In this document: positions 8,334-15,754 of the stretch, one piece after another | Position numbering within the stretch: position 1 is the first letter of the stretch | How the letters are laid out: every line of letters begins with the position of its first letter | IMG/VR virus record: IMGVR_UViG_3300012943_000044 | Location: 1 to 41,345 of that record | Strand: one strand, 5' to 3' | DNA length: 41,345 bases | From: a virus | Taxonomy: Duplodnaviria; Caudoviricetes | Notes under the pieces: generated by a model | Database searches by the model: none | What the model was told of the DNA's origin: nothing | What the model saw: only the letters and a program-made list of their open reading frames with translations | Position numbers and translations under genes: made by a program

Positions 8334-9117
8334 CGTCGCCACCGTTCGGCACCACGTCGTGGCCGTCGTAGCCGTCCAGCTCCGGCCCGGTAGCGTGGCC
8401 GTCGGGCCGGTTGCATTTGCCGTCAGGCGTTTCGAACCCGCACAGGTAGATGCCCGGCGGCGGCTCGTCGACCGGCGCGGGATCATCCAGGTCGGCCGGG
8501 CTGAGCCGACGCGTTGCCGGAGCCGGCGCAACCGGCCCGGTCAGCTCCGGCTGGTCCTGCAACTCCTCGGCGCTGTACGGCATCCCCATCAGGGCGTCCG
8601 ACGCCACCCACCGGCTGCCCTCGGACGTGGCCCGGGCAACCAGCATGGCGGCCGGGTTGGTCTTCCAGTTCGGATTCTTGCCGCCGACGAGGCCGGCCAG
8701 CTTGGCCCGCTCGATCGTCCACACCGAGATCTGCCACTCACTGTCGCCGCGGCGGCGGACGGCCACCTCGGCGCGGGTGTCGTCGCTGTGGACGATCCGC
8801 AGCTCGTGGCCGTGGGACTGGACGATGGCGCGCATCGCCAGGGCGGACAGCGTGGGTGTGCCGTTGATCGGGTGGAAGGCCCGCAGCGCAGCCATCGGGC
8901 CGGGGATGCCCATCTCGGCACCGGCGAGGATGGCAGCCGCGGCCTCATGCGGCTTGTCGCGGTATTGCGCCGGGACGAAGCTGGTCTTGACCAGGCTGGT
9001 GGCGATCTGGTGGGCGGCGCGGGCAGTCTCGGCCCAGCCGGCCAGCCGGGCCACGGCGTCGTGGCCGGGGTGGGCTTCCATGGCGGTCTGATCGGGGCGT
9101 AGGGCAAGCTCGGTCAT
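8326..9117 (-). CDS. recT: RecT-like ssDNA-annealing protein
   Basis: TSFVPAQYRDKP...AILAGAEMG...INGTPTLSA...WTIERAKLAGL...NWKTNPAAMLVARA...YSAEEL; directly downstream of RecE-like gene. Confidence 0.8.
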   Translation of the reverse strand: MTELALRPDQTAMEAHPGHDAVARLAGWAETARAAHQIATSLVKTSFVPAQYRDKPHEAAAAILAGAEMGIPGPMAALRAFHPINGTPTLSALAMRAIVQSHGHELRIVHSDDTRAEVAVRRRGDSEWQISVWTIERAKLAGLVGGKNPNWKTNPAAMLVARATSEGSRWVASDALMGMPYSAEELQDQPELTGPVAPAPATRRLSPADLDDPAPVDEPPPGIYLCGFETPDGKCNRPDGHATGPELDGYDGHDVVPNGGDDA

Positions 9118-9953
9118 CAGTACTCCTCGTCCCGCACCCAGGCGGGCGGCTCGATCTCGTGGATGTCGTCACTGGGGTAGCCCGGCCAGATGTCAGCGGC
9201 AGCGCAGTCGCGGTAGATCTCCAGCGCCTCGGCGCACCGCCGGTCGCCGATGGCCAGGTACCGCTCGGGCAGCTGAAAGGTCTGCACCAGGTACGGCGCG
9301 TCCTTTTCTTGGGCCGTGAACGCGAAGAACGGCTCGATGACGGGGAAGCAGGCGCGGAAGCCACGCAGGTAGAACGCGGCCTGGACGAAGTAGCCGAGGT
9401 TCCACACCGTCTTGCGCAGGCTGGTCAGGCTGGCGTCGGCGGCCGACTTGTAGTCGACGATCCCGTCCGGTCGCAGCCAGTCGGCCTTGGCCCGGCACGG
9501 CACGCCGGTGACCTCGTCGACCCAGACGAGCGTCTTCTCCGGCTCGCCGCGGCTGAGCAGCTTCGGCGCGTGCGGGTGCCGGAGCAGTGCCTCGGCCATG
9601 GCGTGCACGGCGTCCCAGTCGGAGCGCCGCAGCGGCACCTTGCCCTCGGCGCGCAGGGCGGCGACGGCGGCGATGTCGTCCTTCTTCTGCCACGCCTCCG
9701 GGTTGGCGCCGGTGCCGGGGAACAGCACCAGCTCCGGCCCGGCACCGAGGACCAGCTGGTGCGCGGCGTGGCCGACGTCGAAGGTGCGCTTCGGCGGCTG
9801 CGGGTGCTGCTGGTTCCAGCGGAACTTGGCCGGCGCGACGAGTAGCTCCCGCACGCCGGTGCTGGACAGGCTGACCCGGGCGAGCTCGCCGGTGAAGTAC
9901 TCATCGTCGGTGAGGTCGTGAACTCCGGGCGCCGGGATGGTCGTCAGGTCCAT
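9117..9953 (-). CDS. recE: RecE-like PD-(D/E)XK exonuclease (exonuclease VIII family)
   Basis: SLSSTGVRELL, GHAAH, E-KTLVW, CRAKADWL, IVDYKS, GYFVQAAFY, WPGY. Confidence 0.9.
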   Translation of the reverse strand: MDLTTIPAPGVHDLTDDEYFTGELARVSLSSTGVRELLVAPAKFRWNQQHPQPPKRTFDVGHAAHQLVLGAGPELVLFPGTGANPEAWQKKDDIAAVAALRAEGKVPLRRSDWDAVHAMAEALLRHPHAPKLLSRGEPEKTLVWVDEVTGVPCRAKADWLRPDGIVDYKSAADASLTSLRKTVWNLGYFVQAAFYLRGFRACFPVIEPFFAFTAQEKDAPYLVQTFQLPERYLAIGDRRCAEALEIYRDCAAADIWPGYPSDDIHEIEPPAWVRDEEY

Positions 9954-10168
9954 CACGCCACCGCCTCATGCCAGGCCACTCGGGCGTCGGTCCAGGCGAG
10001 GACGGCTGCCAGCACGGTGACTTCCTCGCGGGTGGTGACGGTCCGCTGGGCCCAGATGTGCACGGTCTCGGCCTCGTCGACGGCGACCCGGACGGGGATG
10101 TGCTGGCGTTCCAGGCTGCGGCAGATCGTGGCCGCCTCGGCCCCGGACAGCGCGTGCCGGGCGCTCAT
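9953..10168 (-). CDS. Hypothetical protein
   Basis: ATGA overlap, typical codon bias. Confidence 0.7.
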   Translation of the reverse strand: MSARHALSGAEAATICRSLERQHIPVRVAVDEAETVHIWAQRTVTTREEVTVLAAVLAWTDARVAWHEAVA

Positions 10169-10533
10169 ATCGACCCCGTCCCCTCGGTGAAGTCGGGCAG
10201 GGCGGGCTTGCCGTCGAGGCGGCCAAAGAGGTGCAGCGCGTGCTCGTGGATGTTCACGTGGTCCGAAGGCGGCGCGAACACCTGGTACGCCCAGCCGTTG
10301 CCGAAAACGGCGCCGTGCAGCAGCTTCAGGTCGTCATAGGTAGGCATCCGCGACAGGCGCGCGATGGAGGCGTGCACCCACTGCTCGCCGTCGTGATCGG
10401 CGACCGTCAGGATCACCGAGGCGCTGCCGTCGAGCGCCTTGAAGGCCCACCCGTCCGGGCCGAACGGGATTGGCGCTGACCAGTTCGTGCGGCCGAGGAT
10501 GCGGCGGACATGGAGCGCATTGACACTGCTCAC
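10165..10533 (-). CDS. Conserved His-rich phage protein
   Basis: WVHASIA...PTYDDL...YQVFAP...HVNIHEHALHL, a pattern recalled from phage early proteins; GTG 10533. Confidence 0.75.
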   Translation of the reverse strand: MSSVNALHVRRILGRTNWSAPIPFGPDGWAFKALDGSASVILTVADHDGEQWVHASIARLSRMPTYDDLKLLHGAVFGNGWAYQVFAPPSDHVNIHEHALHLFGRLDGKPALPDFTEGTGSI

Positions 10534-10838
10534 GCGTCGGCCCTCCGCACGGTGTAGTGGCCGCCAGCCTCGTGGGCGTGCTGGCGCTCGCGGTGGTGGG
10601 CCCACAGCTGGGCGACCCACGCGAACCGGTGGCCGGAGACCGGCACGTCGACGACCTCACCGAGGCCCTTGACGTGCACCTGCCGAACCACGATGAACGT
10701 GCCGGTGATGTGCTTCGCACCCGACTTCACACCGGGCTTCGCAGCTTCACAGGCGAGGGCGGCGAGGAGCTTGGTGCGGTCCTGGGCGGCGTCGGCCAGC
10801 TGCCCGGCCAGCGCGGACTGCTGCGCGTCGGCGGTCAC
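10530..10838 (-). CDS. Hypothetical protein
   Basis: GTGA overlaps at both ends. Confidence 0.65.
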   Translation of the reverse strand: MTADAQQSALAGQLADAAQDRTKLLAALACEAAKPGVKSGAKHITGTFIVVRQVHVKGLGEVVDVPVSGHRFAWVAQLWAHHRERQHAHEAGGHYTVRRADA

Positions 10839-11308
10839 TTCGACCACTCCGCGATGGCGTGGTACTCGGCCTCCAGGTCGGCCCACACCGCGTCCAGGCC
10901 GTCGCTGATGAACCGCTGCATCACCGGGTCGGCGCGAAGGCCGGAGCCGTCGTAGTAGCAGCCGTCGGCGAAGAAGTCGCACTCGTCCATCCGGCCGAAA
11001 CCGTCGTACTCGCCGTTGTGCGGGTCGGTCTTCCAGTGGTAGCCGAGGTCGGCCGCCATCGGGAAGCTGCCGCTCGACCGGCGAGGCTCGCCGAAAGGCC
11101 GCCCAACCCTGCCGGGGACCCAGTCGGTGAACATGAGGAACTGGGTCGCACCCAGCTCGCCGACGAGCGCGAAACGCAGGTCCATGCCGTGCTGGCCATA
11201 GCCGGGCGTCATCGGGAATCCGGGGTGGGTGATGAGGATGCGCTCGAACTCGCCGACCTTTTCGGCCATGCGGCTCGACGGCTTTCGGGTGATCTCCGGG
11301 GCGGTCAT
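10835..11308 (-). CDS. Hypothetical protein
   Basis: ATG 11308; AADLGYH...C...CYYDGSGL. Confidence 0.75.
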   Translation of the reverse strand: MTAPEITRKPSSRMAEKVGEFERILITHPGFPMTPGYGQHGMDLRFALVGELGATQFLMFTDWVPGRVGRPFGEPRRSSGSFPMAADLGYHWKTDPHNGEYDGFGRMDECDFFADGCYYDGSGLRADPVMQRFISDGLDAVWADLEAEYHAIAEWSK

Positions 11309-11424
11309 CGGGCGTACCGCCCCACGGTCAGCAGTGCGACAACGGCGGTCAGGGCGGCCAGCAGCGGGCGCTGACGGCGGGCGCGGTGACGGCCCCGGTA
11401 GCGGGACGGGAACAGGGAGGTCAT
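11305..11424 (-). CDS. 39-aa GRHR-motif membrane microprotein (not in ORF track)
   Basis: MTSLFPSRYRGRHRAPRQRPLLAALTAVVALLTVGRYAR; GAAAGG RBS; ATGA overlap. Confidence 0.65.
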   Translation of the reverse strand: MTSLFPSRYRGRHRARRQRPLLAALTAVVALLTVGRYAR

Positions 11425-11598
11425 GACTATGTGGACCTTTCGGGAGTGAAGTCAGGGAGGTGGCCCGGGGCCGCGCGATGGCGGTCCCACGACCCCGGGC
11501 CGGGGGTGCCGTCCGCCTTCTTCCGCCGAAGCGGGTGGCCGGAGTCGGACGGCAGGGGCGGGGATCGGCGACCAGGGAGGTAGCCGCCGAGCCCCGGG
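11425..11598 (-). ncRNA. Candidate structured intercistronic RNA (three hairpins, ACCUCCCUG repeats)
   Basis: About 175-nt gap in an otherwise overlapping operon; stems GGGGCTCGGCGGC/GTCGCCGATCCCC, TGCCGTCCG/CGGACGGCA (inner CCGC-TTCG-GCGG) and GGCCCGGGGTCG/CGGCCCCGGGCC. Confidence 0.45.
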
Positions 11599-11850
11599 TC
11601 ACATGGCCGGGCTGACCCTCGGGCGGCTGAGCTTCACCGAGCGGTTGCCGTAGCCCGGCAGACCGTGGGCGGCCTCGTCGTGGGCGTCACACAGCGCCGT
11701 CCAGACCTCGACCTCCTGGCCCGGCCGCTTACGCACGATCGGGGTGGAGTAGGTGGCGGGCTCGGGGCAGTACAGCGTCGGCTCCGGCGTAGTCCGGTCC
11801 AGCGCGGCGAGAACGTCGACGAGCCAGCTGTAGCGACACGGCTCGGCCAT
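11599..11850 (-). CDS. Small Cys/His protein
   Basis: MAEPCRY...CPEPAT...LCDAH; TGATG overlap. Confidence 0.65.
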   Translation of the reverse strand: MAEPCRYSWLVDVLAALDRTTPEPTLYCPEPATYSTPIVRKRPGQEVEVWTALCDAHDEAAHGLPGYGNRSVKLSRPRVSPAM

Positions 11851-12377
11851 CACTGCGCCGCCTTGTCGGTGATCAGCTCGCCGCCGTCGACGACCGAGCC
11901 GGTGTGCAGCGGCACCCGGGCCGGCGAAACCGGCGTCGGGTCGTCGGCCTCGGAGTCGGTGCGGGAGTAGGCCAGCCCGGTCGCGTCGGGGTCGGTGGTG
12001 GCCTCCAGCTCGGCGACCCGGGCGCGTAGCCGCTTCAGCTCGGCCTCCCGCTCGCCACCCTCGACCGGACGGCCGGACCTGTGCCACGTGATGACCTTGT
12101 ACTCGATGACGCCGAACCGGTGCATCACGGAAGTCCGGTCGTCAGTGTGCTCGTCGGGCTTCTCGCCGAAGTTGGCGGCGATTTGCCGGAGCCTCGCGAG
12201 TCCGGCCAGGCCGCCGTCCCAGACGTCCGGAGCTTCGAGGTCAACCTGCACCTGCGGGTAGTGGGGCAGTGGCGCCCAGGAGTTGCGGTCTAGGAAGTCG
12301 GCGAAGGTACGCAGGTCGGCGATGTACGCAGCCCGCTTGGTGGCGTCCTCCGGCGACGGTACTTTCAGAGCCATCAC
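11850..12377 (-). CDS. Hypothetical early protein
   Basis: GAAAGG RBS; RAAYIADLRTFADFL...PLP; coiled segment ELKRLRARVAELEA. Confidence 0.75.
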   Translation of the reverse strand: MMALKVPSPEDATKRAAYIADLRTFADFLDRNSWAPLPHYPQVQVDLEAPDVWDGGLAGLARLRQIAANFGEKPDEHTDDRTSVMHRFGVIEYKVITWHRSGRPVEGGEREAELKRLRARVAELEATTDPDATGLAYSRTDSEADDPTPVSPARVPLHTGSVVDGGELITDKAAQ

Positions 12378-12457
12378 GTCGTTCGACCTTTCGTAGGGTG
12401 TGGTCGGGCGGTGTGAGCGGGCCGCACCGGAGTCGAGCCGGGGCGGCCCGTCTTACG

Positions 12458-12556
12458 TCAGCGGCCGGAGATCGGCGGCTTGCCGATCGGCCGGGTGTTG
12501 ATCGGCTTGCGCGGCGGCTTCGACGGCGGCGGGGCGCCCTTCTTGTTGCCGCTCAT
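12458..12556 (-). CDS. 32-aa Pro/Lys/Arg-rich peptide (not in ORF track)
   Basis: MSGNKKGAPPPSKPPRKPINTRPIGKPPISGR; TGATG overlap; all sense codons end in G or C. Confidence 0.65.
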   Translation of the reverse strand: MSGNKKGAPPPSKPPRKPINTRPIGKPPISGR

Positions 12557-13194
12557 CAGCTCGTCCCGCGAGGTCGAGCCCTCGCGTGCTCGCGGGCCAG
12601 CGCGTCTTTGACGGCCTTCGCGAAGTCGGGCTGAGCGGCGGTGGGGTCGACGCCGACGTGGACGATGTCGACCCGCACCTCGCCCCGCTCGGGCCCGACC
12701 CCTCGCGCCGGCGGCGACACGGGGGCACCGCTGCCGGGCGAGGGGTCGGAGCTAGTGCCTGCACCGGGGGCGGTCAGTCCCTCGGTGCTTTCGCGCGCCG
12801 CTCTGCCAAGCGCGGCGGCAGAGCCGGGCGTCGGCTCCTTCCCGGCTACCGCCGGGGGTCTGACGGCCGAGCCCACCGGCGGCAGCGAGACGTCGGCCAG
12901 GCTGGCCAGGTCACGCAGGGCCGCCTCGATGTGGAAGCCCGCGGAGTCCCGCCAGAAGGAGACCAGGTCGGCGTTGCCGTGCGGGATCGACGCCGGGTCG
13001 ACACCGCGCTCCAGCACGGCGAGGGCCTGGGCGAGGAGACGCTCGCTGTCGCGGATGATCTCGCCGATGCGGGGCACGGGCGGGGTCGAGTGCTGGTGTG
13101 GCTCGCCGGTCGCGTAGTGGTCGACCTCGTCGAACTCCGGCAGGCGGCCGGGGCCGGTCGGGCCGTCGGGCTGGCCGGGCGGGTGCGTGGTCAT
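12556..13194 (-). CDS. Hypothetical protein, first gene after cro
   Basis: ATGA overlap with cro stop; helical N-half, low-complexity C-half. Confidence 0.6.
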   Translation of the reverse strand: MTTHPPGQPDGPTGPGRLPEFDEVDHYATGEPHQHSTPPVPRIGEIIRDSERLLAQALAVLERGVDPASIPHGNADLVSFWRDSAGFHIEAALRDLASLADVSLPPVGSAVRPPAVAGKEPTPGSAAALGRAARESTEGLTAPGAGTSSDPSPGSGAPVSPPARGVGPERGEVRVDIVHVGVDPTAAQPDFAKAVKDALAREHARARPRGTS

Positions 13195-13445
13195 GCTGCA
13201 CCGGCCGTGGCTGGCGTGGCCGCGCCCACCAACTCGGTGAGCGGGCAGTCGAGTGCGGCGGCGATCTGGGCAAGTTCGTCGATGGTGAATGCGACGTCGC
13301 CGCACATGCGGCGGGAGAACACGGACTGCGGCATGCCGATCCGCTCGGAGAGCGCGCGGCCCGACATCTTCTCTCGGGCCATCGCGATGCGAACGGCGCC
13401 AGCCACCGCTTCACGTGTCCCGCTGAGCGGGTTGTTTTCTGGCAT
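13191..13445 (-). CDS. cro: Cro-like HTH regulator
   Basis: VRIAMAREKMSGRALSERIGMPQSVFSRRMCGDVAFTIDEL; divergent from repressor. Confidence 0.85.
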   Translation of the reverse strand: MPENNPLSGTREAVAGAVRIAMAREKMSGRALSERIGMPQSVFSRRMCGDVAFTIDELAQIAAALDCPLTELVGAATPATAGAA

Positions 13446-13566
13446 GGGACAGTTCTACCCGCCCACCGGGCGGGCCGTCAACCCGCTAGGCGGGTAAACA
13501 TGTCGGGAATCGGTCTGGCATATCCAGGGGTTGCGCCTGACCCGCTGGGCGGGTCATCATCTCTCC
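13418..13566. promoter_or_regulatory. Lysis/lysogeny switch: divergent leaderless promoters and four ACCCGC-N3-GCGGGT operators
   Basis: Operators 13418-13432 (1 mismatch), 13457-13471 (2 mismatches), 13481-13495 and 13540-13554 (perfect). P(cro): TTGACG-18-TAGAAC-6-ATG. P(rep): TTGCGC-18-CATCAT-6-ATG. Confidence 0.8.
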
Positions 13567-14058
13567 ATGAGTACGGAAGCTAACGGTGCGTCGGGATGGC
13601 TCCGACAGGGCACCGCAGAGGAGATCCGCGTTCTCCTTGCTCGCCGTCGCATGAGCGCAGCCGAGTTGGCACGCCGCACGGGGATCAAGCAGAGCACCAT
13701 CAGCCGACGAATGACGGGGGAGACCGCCTTTGACCTGGACGATCTGGAGGCGATCGCGCGAGTCCTGGAGGTCGAGGCCATCGACCTACTGCCCAGGCCG
13801 ATCGGCTCGTCCCAGGGCGCGGGAAGGAGCAGCGCGCGTTCTGCGCTGAACGATAGTTCCTGCCCACCGGCACCTTCGACCGACCGCTTCCGAGTGACGA
13901 CCCCCAGGCCGAACGTCCGCGCCCACCGCCACGTGGCCACCAGCGGCAGCCCGTTCGGAGGAGGGCGCCGCGACGCCGTCCGGCCGGTATCGGCCGTCCC
14001 GTTCAACAAGCGGCGCCCGACACCGACAGGGCCAGGAGTTCGACCGATTCCCGCGTGA
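13567..14058 (+). CDS. Immunity repressor (XRE HTH) with long disordered C-terminal tail
   Basis: EIRVLLARRRMSAAELARRTGIKQSTISRRMTGETAFDLDDL; ATG 13567 lies 6 nt after a -10-like hexamer. Confidence 0.85.
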   Translation: MSTEANGASGWLRQGTAEEIRVLLARRRMSAAELARRTGIKQSTISRRMTGETAFDLDDLEAIARVLEVEAIDLLPRPIGSSQGAGRSSARSALNDSSCPPAPSTDRFRVTTPRPNVRAHRHVATSGSPFGGGRRDAVRPVSAVPFNKRRPTPTGPGVRPIPA

Positions 14059-14156
14059 GTGAACCTACGACCACGATCGAGTGACCACCGTTAAGCGGAC
14101 CCCGGGCCAGTGCGGACACACCACCCAGGGTCCTTGATCGCCCCAGGAGGCGACCC

Positions 14157-14384
14157 ATGAGCACCGTACCCACCACCGCACCGGCGCGACGCACCCACGG
14201 CAGCGTCGCCTACTACGCCGACCTCATCGGTGGCGCCTACCCCAGCGACAGCCTGATCCTGACGCTCGTCGACGATGTGGCGAACGATCGAATCCACGAC
14301 GTCACCGGCGAGGACCGGCTCGCCAACATCCGCAACCTGCTGGCCGCCGCCAAGCAGGTCCGCGCCGAGATGGCGGCCCGATGA
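14157..14384 (+). CDS. Hypothetical protein translationally coupled to integrase
   Basis: AGGAGG RBS; ATGA overlap with int. Confidence 0.8.
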   Translation: MSTVPTTAPARRTHGSVAYYADLIGGAYPSDSLILTLVDDVANDRIHDVTGEDRLANIRNLLAAAKQVRAEMAAR

Positions 14385-15187
14385 CCGACCTGATTGCCGC
14401 CTACCTCGGCCACCTCGCCGACCTCGGCCGCGCGGAGAGCACCCGCGACACCTACGCCGACATCCTGCGGCGGATGGACCGGCAGCTGCCCTACGGCCTG
14501 GTCTCGGCCTGCCAAGAGGAGCTGCACGCCTGGATCTTCTCCGACAGCCACGGCAAGGCCCACCGCAAGCTGTGCCGCATCGCCGCGAACGGCTTCTACG
14601 ACTGGGCCTGCAACCCCGCCGACCCGCGGCTGGACTTCAATCCGGCCGCCGCGCTGCCGCACGTCTCGGCGCCGCGCGGCAGGCCGAACCCGGTCACCGA
14701 GCAGCAGAAGCTGGAGATGCTGGCCCGGGCCGCCCGCCCGTACCGGGACTGGTTCCTGACGTCGTGCTTCACCGGTGCCCGCTGCACCGAGCTCGCCAAC
14801 CTGGACCGCGAGCACATCACCGAGCGGCGGGTGCTGCTGCACGGCAAGGGCGACAAGCCCCGGTACGTGCCCACCCACCCGCTGGTGTGGGCGCTCGCCC
14901 AGGACCTGCCGCCGGGGCCGCTGACCCTGGACCGGCGCGGGCAGCGGCTGACGCGGCAGCAGGTCAGCCACCGCGGCAACTACCAGCTGCAGAAGGTCCT
15001 CGGCCTGGTCGGTGTCCACATGCACCGGCTGCGGTCGACGTTCGGCACCGAGGCGTACGAGGCCACCCGGGACATCCTGGCGGTGCAGCGTCTCCTCGGC
15101 CACGCCTCGCCGTCGACCACCCAGATCTACGTCGAGGTCGGCGACGCGGCGCTGGAGCGCGCCGTGGCCGGGTTGCGTGCGGCCTAG
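14381..15187 (+). CDS. int: Tyrosine integrase/recombinase, short form without arm-binding domain
   Basis: TGARCTEL, HGKGDK, HRLR, LLGH and TTQIY catalytic motifs; 268 aa. Confidence 0.92.
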   Translation: MTDLIAAYLGHLADLGRAESTRDTYADILRRMDRQLPYGLVSACQEELHAWIFSDSHGKAHRKLCRIAANGFYDWACNPADPRLDFNPAAALPHVSAPRGRPNPVTEQQKLEMLARAARPYRDWFLTSCFTGARCTELANLDREHITERRVLLHGKGDKPRYVPTHPLVWALAQDLPPGPLTLDRRGQRLTRQQVSHRGNYQLQKVLGLVGVHMHRLRSTFGTEAYEATRDILAVQRLLGHASPSTTQIYVEVGDAALERAVAGLRAA

Positions 15188-15486
15188 ATCTGGTTCGGCC
15201 TGCGCTGCCGGTGCGGGACGGGCCCGGCGTTGCGTGGCGGTGCGACCGGGGTGGTGCTGTGATCGACCACCTCGGTCCGGGGCTCGCGGTCGGGGTCGAG
15301 GTGGTCGGGGCGGGCGACGACCAGGACGCCGGCGCCGTGGGACATGACGATCCCGGCGGCAGCGGCCCAGTCGCTGGTGACGACTCCGGCCACCTGATAG
15401 CCGCGCTCGGCGCAGTACTCGAGGCACTGCGACGCGTAGGTGGCCAGGTGGGCGGCGGCCGGGATGAATATAACGGCGAGAGTCAT
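15184..15486 (-). CDS. Degenerate serine-resolvase-like mini-domain protein
   Basis: AVIF...QCLEYCAERGYQVAGVV...GAGVLVVARPDHL follows the resolvase N-terminal pattern but lacks Y-x-R-V-S; GAAGGAAG RBS. Confidence 0.65.
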   Translation of the reverse strand: MTLAVIFIPAAAHLATYASQCLEYCAERGYQVAGVVTSDWAAAAGIVMSHGAGVLVVARPDHLDPDREPRTEVVDHSTTPVAPPRNAGPVPHRQRRPNQI

Positions 15487-15754
15487 GGGCTTCCTTCACG
15501 TTTCCGCAGGTGGGAGTGGCCGCGAGATGTCTGAGTTAACCCGCCTGTAACCGCAGCATGCATCCACCGTGACGACTGCCGAATCGGACTAGGAGTGCGT
15601 GAACCGCACTCATCAGACGTTCGGTCATCCGCCGACCGGATCCGGTCATCACCCATACGGACAGATCAGTGACACACCGTTGCTAGATCACTATCCATCG
15701 CCCACACTTCGGTCCTCGCGGCCGAAAACCCCCTGCTCACACGAAGGACGGACC

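Noticed and set aside
785-13445. Many early proteins ending in -AA, -DA or -VA as ssrA-like degrons
   Set aside because: Largely explained by the next gene's RBS and ATGA/GTGA overlap being encoded in the last codons. The integrase end has no downstream RBS to encode, so it was kept.
14035-14052. GGAGTTCGACC resembling a tRNA T-loop (possible attP core)
   Set aside because: No T-stem pairing, acceptor strand or CCA follows; not a credible tRNA 3' end.
14059-15750. dif-like site for the Xer-sized recombinase
   Set aside because: No 28-bp dif-like dyad seen; only isolated GTTAA words.
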